From a virus (Duplodnaviria; Caudoviricetes): 64,000 bases of DNA. Positions 57,417 to 64,000 of the stretch are shown here, in pieces. The notes below the pieces were generated by a model that worked only from the letters and a program-made list of their open reading frames with translations, was not told where the DNA came from and made no database searches. Where the stretch lies: the IMG/VR virus record IMGVR_UViG_3300031867_000001, positions 186,504 to 250,503 of that record. One strand, written 5' to 3'. The position numbers were made by a program, and so were the translations under genes. Every line of letters begins with the position of its first letter. The first letter of the stretch is position 1.

Positions 57417-57794
57417 TTAATCTGTATCAGTTGTTTCTTCATCATGCTTTGCTTTGAATCCACCTTCAGGAATATGATAATCCACATCGATGTATACAGA
57501 GCAAGCAATCTTATCCAGTATTGTATTATATTCTTCAATGTTATTTGCATTAAATCTCAATGCACGTTGTGGGAATTCTTCTTCGATGAATTTGTATAAG
57601 TCATATTTGATGTTTGGATATTTATTGACATTGATACTGGTTAATGCGGAGATGTCACCCCATGGTGAAATAATACCACTCTGTCCAACATCCTTTGTTG
57701 ATTCAACCAGATCCTGTTTACCAATCATACTCGGATTCATCTGCTTATTGATAAACGTGATCTTGTGTCTGTCCATTCTTCCCAAACTATTTGG
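57417..57794 (-). CDS. rpoB: RNA polymerase beta N-terminal half, exon 2
   Basis: Begins PNSLGR; NPSMIGKQDLVEST..VGQSG resembles RpoB HPTHYGRVCPIETPEG..IGL. Confidence 0.8.
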   Translation of the reverse strand, partial: PNSLGRMDRHKITFINKQMNPSMIGKQDLVESTKDVGQSGIISPWGDISALTSINVNKYPNIKYDLYKFIEEEFPQRALRFNANNIEEYNTILDKIACSVYIDVDYHIPEGGFKAKHDEETTDTD

Positions 57795-58925
57795 CGATGC
57801 GTTCACATAGTTCGCAACACTATGCAGTTCTCTTATGAACTTCCCCAACTTTCATTGGGATACCAGACTATATCTTCAAATGCATATCTACCGACATTCA
57901 TTTGTCTACCGTTTCCAGATCCCACCATTAGCTTGTGGGCGTACTCCTCTTCACGAGGATAGTCGTTGAACGTTTCATCATGCCTTTTTGTTTTTAACAT
58001 ATAATGATTTACAATATTCGATATGTCTTTTATTGATATTCAATATCTTTGATATTTTCACATTGGAATATCCTTTGTCGATTAAATCGAATATCTTTTG
58101 TCTATCATCTTTGTGACCAAAATCAAACTTATTGATGTTATACAATTTTGCGATAGATTTATGTTTATTTCTAAATTTAATATCACGAATTAGAGTTGGG
58201 TTAACATGTGTCTTTTCACAAATTTCAGAATGTGTTAACTTATTTTCTTGAAGCATCCTGCACACATCATGAATCTGTTTATCTGTATAAACATGCTTAT
58301 TTGATTGATGCATTCCTGTTTTTACTGCATGCATCATGTTTTCTCTATTTGTAACCCATTCTAAATTTCTATAATCGTTGTTTTGTTTATTTCCATCAAT
58401 GTGGTTCACATATCTTCGTTCATGTGTTTGTCCATGACAATATGCCATTGCGACAAGTCTATGAACTAACCATAGATGACTTTGATTATCATAATATAAT
58501 GTCACACACCGATATCCATGTGTACCTGTGTATTGATATACAATTTTATTGTCTTTATACACAATTCCGTTATAAGTTATATGATAACCTGTATCGGTTC
58601 CGTTCACATTAATCGGTCTACTGAAGGTTTCTAAAAACCCTTTGACATCAAATAGAATCATTATATCACCTCCTTAATGTTATTTGGAGGCATGATGACT
58701 TCGCTGCGGATCTGAGATATATCTTTAATCTTGTTACCATACCTATGATAGTTAGTCATAGCCACTGAAAATCAGTTTGGTAATTAAAGCTTTACCCAAC
58801 GCTTTGATGATATTATCAGCAATAGTCGCCCATCGTATTTCCAGTCGATGTTTACCCGCAATTAGATAGATAAAGGCCCTGTATAAACGTGAGGAGTTTG
58901 GGACAACTCACGCTTCAATTGTTTT
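57795..58925 (-). mobile_element. Group I intron (subgroup IA2), 1131 nt
   Basis: P AATTGCGGG (58855-63), Q ATCCGCAGC (58703-11), R GTTCAACGACTA (57960-71), S AAGATATAGTC (57866-76). P7.1/P7.2, P3 TCTATC/GGTAGA, P9.0 GGT/ATC, terminal G at 57795. Splicing restores KKG|PNSLG in frame. Confidence 0.9.
57978..58661 (-). CDS. Intron-encoded HNH homing endonuclease
   Basis: VHRLVA, VNHIDGNKQNN..NLEWVT, C-terminal HTH-like segments; enclosed by the P6a stem. Confidence 0.9.
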   Translation of the reverse strand: MILFDVKGFLETFSRPINVNGTDTGYHITYNGIVYKDNKIVYQYTGTHGYRCVTLYYDNQSHLWLVHRLVAMAYCHGQTHERRYVNHIDGNKQNNDYRNLEWVTNRENMMHAVKTGMHQSNKHVYTDKQIHDVCRMLQENKLTHSEICEKTHVNPTLIRDIKFRNKHKSIAKLYNINKFDFGHKDDRQKIFDLIDKGYSNVKISKILNINKRHIEYCKSLYVKNKKA

Positions 58926-60224
58926 TCCTTTCTTGGTATACCTGTAGAAGTGGTAATAATCCAGATCATTCGCAAAATCAATTGGATGCACAGTTCCAAG
59001 ATCATACATCTTTCTGCGAATACAATCCGGAGAGAACTTCACGAGTGGTTGGATATCCGTCATTTTAATCATACAACCAAACTTGAACATCTTCTTCAAC
59101 TTATCAGACACAAGCGCTGTGATGATTGTTGAAATGACTTCATTCTTTCTCAAACGTTTATTCTCAAATGAGAAGAAGTTCATGTCATCAAATTCCGTCT
59201 GTAATACATACTTCAATAATGAAACCATTACGCGTTTATCAATCTCTGGAATTGGTAATACCTCTGCAGAGATAGTATCCAACATTCTTGCTACATACAT
59301 CTGATGACAAGCGCCACGATGTTCCACGTTTGGCTCGTAATAACTCAAATCATAGATCCACCACTTCGGATCACACAACTGTGCATAATTGTTTGGATGA
59401 TGGCGTTCAATCAATTTCATTGCCATAACCAAGATGTTACGAACATAATCGAATTTTTCCAAACCTTTCTTATATGCTTTGATGTAAACATCATCCACAT
59501 CTTCCAGTGGTTTGAAGTATTCGTATTGATCATCGTTATCCAAAACCCGGTCACAGAACTGTAAGATCGGGAACACTTCCAAATAGGAAAGTGGTGAAGG
59601 AATATGCATGAAGCATGATAAGATTGGTTCCATAGTTGTGAAGATCTTTACCATACCAACTTTAGAAGTTACCAGCATTCCTTTGATGGATTGAACGGTT
59701 GATTCTTCATACCGAATGACGACTGGTAATAATGATTTGATAATGAATGAATCTTCACCATTCGGGTATAATAATTTATCAACGAGCTGGTATTCAGAAT
59801 ACCGCAAATTGTCCAAGAAGTAACGACCCTTGTCATCTTCAATCGGAATATGAAGAACATTGTGTACAACTTCTCTTTCAAGATTCTTATTCTTATCACG
59901 TGCTTCAATATACACGTCGAATTCTAATACACCAATGCGATTATCACCAACTGTCTTTGTCTTTAATTTGACGCCGGTTTCACGGCGTCTGGTTTGGATT
60001 TGATCTGGTGATGGATGTGGATTCCATTTCCAATTACAAATCTCAATGAATGGTGCGTTTTCGGCACCCTCGATTGGATAAAGTCGTAATAGATTGATTA
60101 CTTGTAATCCAGAAATGGCTTTCATGACATAAAACCACAACGGTTGATCTTTACCCATATCAACTGTGATTTCTTCCAGTGGATTATGCATGTTTTGAAT
60201 ACACATATCAAGCATTTGAAACAC
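58926..60224 (-). CDS. rpoB: RNA polymerase beta N-terminal half, exon 1
   Basis: LHIP...GRYFLDN..Y...QL, FENKRLR, ends YTKKG; the spliced product is 558 aa. Confidence 0.8.
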
Positions 60225-60332
60225 TCTCCTTTTTTGGAATCTGTTTAAACGAATAAACCAGTAAGTTACTGTTCGATTCGTCCGATTGAATTATATGATT
60301 ACGAAATACAAAAATAAATGAGAGGTGATATT

Positions 60333-63300
60333 ATGTCAACATTCCCTCGTCAATATCCAATGATGACACCAGATTCATTACGTGCCAAATTGCATATTGA
60401 TAAAAAGATATTTGATACGTACTTGTCTCGGTCATTTATGCGTGACCACTGTAATGGATCAAAATATGTTGGTACAATGGAGAACTGGGGTTCTGAAATG
60501 TTAATGGAATCTCATAAATTAAAAATGAAATATCCACCATTCAACGTGTTGGTTGGAACATTTGGTGTACGAAAATATTTTGATTTACATTACGGAAGTG
60601 AGCTTAATATATTCTATGAGCCGAATGCAATTGTTGGTTGTTTGAAAACAGACGTACTTCCTCATCAGACGTGTTATCTCAGATTCACCAATTGTACTCG
60701 GGATACCATATTAAGACCAGGATCCCCCAGTGATCCAAATCCAGAATTACAAGTCATTTATCGAACAAAGTTGTATCCTTCATTTATTACATTACGAGAT
60801 GATGGTACGGAATATCCAGAACCATTAAAGTTATATGACAAAGATCTTCCGGACGAACAGAACACGGAATACTTCTTTAATACCACAACACCAAATACGA
60901 AGTTGACATCAGATTCACAATACATCAGAAATTTCATCGATCCAGAGTCCATTGTTGTTGGTGAAGATGGATTGATTCAATTCAACACAATACCATTGGA
61001 CGAATGGATGTATGGTCAACCATTGTTCTGGGCATCCATTCCATCTGTATCTGTTATGGAACAAGGAAATGTTCAAGGTAATACCGATAGAAACAATAAT
61101 CCATTATTGACATTTGGAACAGATGGAAATGATAATGTCGGTATGTATCCAATGATATATGGTGAAGAAAATCTACCACCAATTGACGAATCATTGGAGA
61201 ATATTCATTGGATGCTAAAAGTGTATGGAAAACATGATGATTTTACAATGACGGATTATCGTAGAAAAGAACTTCGTAAAATCACATTCTGTGCATATGA
61301 TGATGCACCACCATATCAACACATTGTTGCAACATATGACATTACATGGAATACAGAAACATTCCATGTATTCTTGAATACATCTCCGTATAGATTGGCA
61401 AAAACGTATTGGATCGTTCGCACGCCAAGACCCGGAGATTCCGATTATGATGGAACAACATTCAACAATCCACCATACTTGGTTCCAACAACGAATGATG
61501 GTAAAATTGATTACACCATATCTTGTCCGGGAGTTATCAATGACAAATACAATCCATTGTTTATTGTAAAACCAGAAATCTATTATAACAAATTCCGTTA
61601 TATGACTCCGCGTGCACAAGTCGGAATGCATATTGATTTCTCATCTGATTATTCCGATCATGCAGTTGATAAGAAGAATGGTACAATTTACAACATGGGA
61701 GAGTTCGATGGTTTACCTTCGTATTATAAAATCAAAAATGCACGATATGTGAAACGTGCACGTTTGTCATTATATACATTACGTGATTGGATTACATCAC
61801 GTACGCAAACTCCAATGAAACGTCAATCCGCTGGATTGTTGGTTGATTCTGGATTTCCCGTATTAACTGATCCAGATATTGGAATTGATGGTTTGGAATC
61901 CGTTATTAAATACAAAGCATCTGTCGGTAGATTATATCACACAACTGGTGAATCTATTTCCAAGAATAATTCATTATCGGATATTGCGTATTATGAAGGA
62001 AATAAAATGTATGATGTCACCAAAAGAAAAACACCATACCAAATGATTTACCATGGTAATAGATTCTTCTCCACCAAAGTTTCGAAAGATCTGGATTATG
62101 AAAACTATGGACGTGTTTATACGATTTCAAATGATCCAGCCGAGTATGATAATAATCACACCAGTCGTTATCCAAAACCATCAAGAACATTGGCGCGTAT
62201 TTGTGATATCCCAACGGACTTCCGTCAATTAACACATATCTCCGGACTTGTTTCTTCTGTTATAACTGATAAATGGTATGTTCGTACCGAAGCATGTTAT
62301 TCCGATGGAAATATTGAATCTATCAATGGAAATGATTTACAACGTGTATGGAATACGACATCCAATGAAACGAATCTTGTTCATGATGAATCAACGTATG
62401 TGTTTGATAAAGACATTAATTTGAATTCGGATTATGGTTCATACTGGATGGATTTGAATTATCCAAGATGGAATAATCGTAATGCATTCTTGACAATGAC
62501 AAATGCAATGGCATCCGATTCCGATACCCCGGATTACAAATGGAGAGTTCATGCAGTTGGTACAAATTACGACGAAACAAATATCATCACTGATTATGTT
62601 GGTGGACATCCCTTCGAAGCCAGAACATCAGTTGTTGAATCAGGTCATGTCTTAGCAACTTCTTCTGTTCCAAATACAAAAGAGATTCAAATGAATCGTG
62701 CAAATTTGGATGGACAAGAAACGGTATTTTCAGTTGTTACAAAGTCTGGATCTGGTAAAGACTGCAAAATGCGTTTAGAAATTGAAGACGCTGCATGGAG
62801 TCAGTTGCAACCAAAAAGGAATGGATCCATCAATGGTTGTTTTGCATTCAAATTCAATCAATATGATCAATTGACAATTTGGACATACAATCCGGTGGAT
62901 CGTTGGTGGTACGAGAATGTCATCTTAACTGGTAATGAAGTTATAGAAACAATCTACAATGCCAATATGGATGTCACACGAAATACTACTGGTGCAACAT
63001 TGCTTCGGTATATGACCAAGACAAATCCATTGCAAATTTCCGGATATTCCGATGCACCAACATCTGATTCCGTTTTACATCGAGTCATTACCAATACTTA
63101 TTTGGATGGATATGTTGATCCAAATTCAGATGCAACTGATGTATCACAAGATTTGTTGAATCGTGGATATGATTTACAAGATTCTTATTTTGTATTACAA
63201 CCAGACGATGGAACCAACAATATTCTCAAAACATATGAGAACACACCAATGGGTGGAACGTGGATTGATGAGATGGTTCCAAAGTATAGTGAATTGGCAT

Positions 63301-64000
63301 TATATGATAACATTCCACGTGCGAATGGCTTGTTGTACAATGGATTGTTTGAAGGAGTAATCGATCGTGGTTATATTCCCAAACAACCAAACGTATTCTT
63401 GTATAATCCAATCAAAGACACACATACACAATACACATCCATTTGTTCCGATGTTGTGATCCCCGTTAAGACAACTCCAATTACATTCAAATATTATTCT
63501 GGATTGGTGAATGAAGAAACAAATCGATTGAAGTATCATGTTTACAAATACATTGGAAATGAATTGTCGGAAGAATTACAAAGCAAACTGGACGATTATC
63601 ATATCTCGGATCGAAAAGAGTTATATAATAAAGCAATTACATTAACTCCAACATTCGAATCCAATTTGGAAGTCAATCCAGTTGAGTATGCAGAATTCCA
63701 TGGTGTTCCATATTCCAAAGAACAATTGATTGATTATTTGATGGCATTTGACATTGCAAACGAATCAAAAGAGCTTGGTCATAAATATCGACCAACTATG
63801 AATTCCAATCCAATCAAGAAGATTCGAAATGCCGGAGAAGTTGCATATCAAGAAATCAGTGGAGAAATTATTCCAGAAGGTCAACAGCCCACGGGAGATG
63901 TTGTCCCGGTTTCTGCACGTTTACGGAATCATGCGGTTAATATCGGTGACTCAACAAATAGAGTCGATACAAAACCATTCTATGTATTTAAGTTGGATGG
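60333..64000 (+). CDS. Large probable virion protein, truncated at window end (>1222 aa, MSTFPRQYPMM...)
   Basis: GAGGTG SD and ATG 60333. The same frame reads open at the window end (...RVDTKPFYVFKLD). Absent from the ORF track, consistent with no stop in the window. Confidence 0.8.
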   Translation, partial: MSTFPRQYPMMTPDSLRAKLHIDKKIFDTYLSRSFMRDHCNGSKYVGTMENWGSEMLMESHKLKMKYPPFNVLVGTFGVRKYFDLHYGSELNIFYEPNAIVGCLKTDVLPHQTCYLRFTNCTRDTILRPGSPSDPNPELQVIYRTKLYPSFITLRDDGTEYPEPLKLYDKDLPDEQNTEYFFNTTTPNTKLTSDSQYIRNFIDPESIVVGEDGLIQFNTIPLDEWMYGQPLFWASIPSVSVMEQGNVQGNTDRNNNPLLTFGTDGNDNVGMYPMIYGEENLPPIDESLENIHWMLKVYGKHDDFTMTDYRRKELRKITFCAYDDAPPYQHIVATYDITWNTETFHVFLNTSPYRLAKTYWIVRTPRPGDSDYDGTTFNNPPYLVPTTNDGKIDYTISCPGVINDKYNPLFIVKPEIYYNKFRYMTPRAQVGMHIDFSSDYSDHAVDKKNGTIYNMGEFDGLPSYYKIKNARYVKRARLSLYTLRDWITSRTQTPMKRQSAGLLVDSGFPVLTDPDIGIDGLESVIKYKASVGRLYHTTGESISKNNSLSDIAYYEGNKMYDVTKRKTPYQMIYHGNRFFSTKVSKDLDYENYGRVYTISNDPAEYDNNHTSRYPKPSRTLARICDIPTDFRQLTHISGLVSSVITDKWYVRTEACYSDGNIESINGNDLQRVWNTTSNETNLVHDESTYVFDKDINLNSDYGSYWMDLNYPRWNNRNAFLTMTNAMASDSDTPDYKWRVHAVGTNYDETNIITDYVGGHPFEARTSVVESGHVLATSSVPNTKEIQMNRANLDGQETVFSVVTKSGSGKDCKMRLEIEDAAWSQLQPKRNGSINGCFAFKFNQYDQLTIWTYNPVDRWWYENVILTGNEVIETIYNANMDVTRNTTGATLLRYMTKTNPLQISGYSDAPTSDSVLHRVITNTYLDGYVDPNSDATDVSQDLLNRGYDLQDSYFVLQPDDGTNNILKTYENTPMGGTWIDEMVPKYSELALYDNIPRANGLLYNGLFEGVIDRGYIPKQPNVFLYNPIKDTHTQYTSICSDVVIPVKTTPITFKYYSGLVNEETNRLKYHVYKYIGNELSEELQSKLDDYHISDRKELYNKAITLTPTFESNLEVNPVEYAEFHGVPYSKEQLIDYLMAFDIANESKELGHKYRPTMNSNPIKKIRNAGEVAYQEISGEIIPEGQQPTGDVVPVSARLRNHAVNIGDSTNRVDTKPFYVFKLD

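Noticed and set aside
57795-57848. Independent start for the 143-aa ORF (MGKFIREL...)
   Set aside because: These 18 codons are intron P9 sequence; the coding part starts at 57794 as exon 2.
1-64000. tRNA/rRNA genes and stop-codon recoding
   Set aside because: No cloverleaf or rRNA motif noticed in the intergenic gaps. Core genes are intact under the standard code.

Overview
The window is a 64-kb segment of a jumbo myovirus genome of the phiKZ/AR9(PBS1)-related type. Strong GGAGG/AAGGAG ribosome-binding sites suggest a Bacillota host (inference). Recognisable genes: type IIA topoisomerase B subunit; three split multisubunit RNA-polymerase subunits (a beta' with GDYDGD, a beta C-half, and a beta N-half interrupted by a group IA2 intron carrying an HNH endonuclease); tail sheath and tube; terminase; portal; several baseplate/virion proteins; SF2 and DnaB helicases; an SbcC/Rad50 ATPase; a PhuZ/TubZ-like tubulin; a GroEL-like chaperonin; a protein kinase; and a DUF5664 nucleotide diphosphohydrolase. 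The most novel-looking signal is at 43.1-54.5 kb. Three separate prion-like (Q/N/Y/G/P/M-rich) proteins, one membrane-anchored, share a short motif P-T-x-E-x-F-N-x-M-S-x-G. They sit among the kinase, chaperonin, DnaB and an apparently inactive Dda-like helicase, which suggests a condensate-type infection compartment; no chimallin was recognised in the window. Other notable signals: covarying H-type pseudoknot/hairpin modules between early genes, a candidate anti-Shine-Dalgarno sRNA, a probable -1 frameshift in a tail/baseplate chaperone, an intron with a non-canonical A.G pair at the 5' splice site, and recurrent early and late promoter motifs. All calls come from motif reading by eye; no searches were run.
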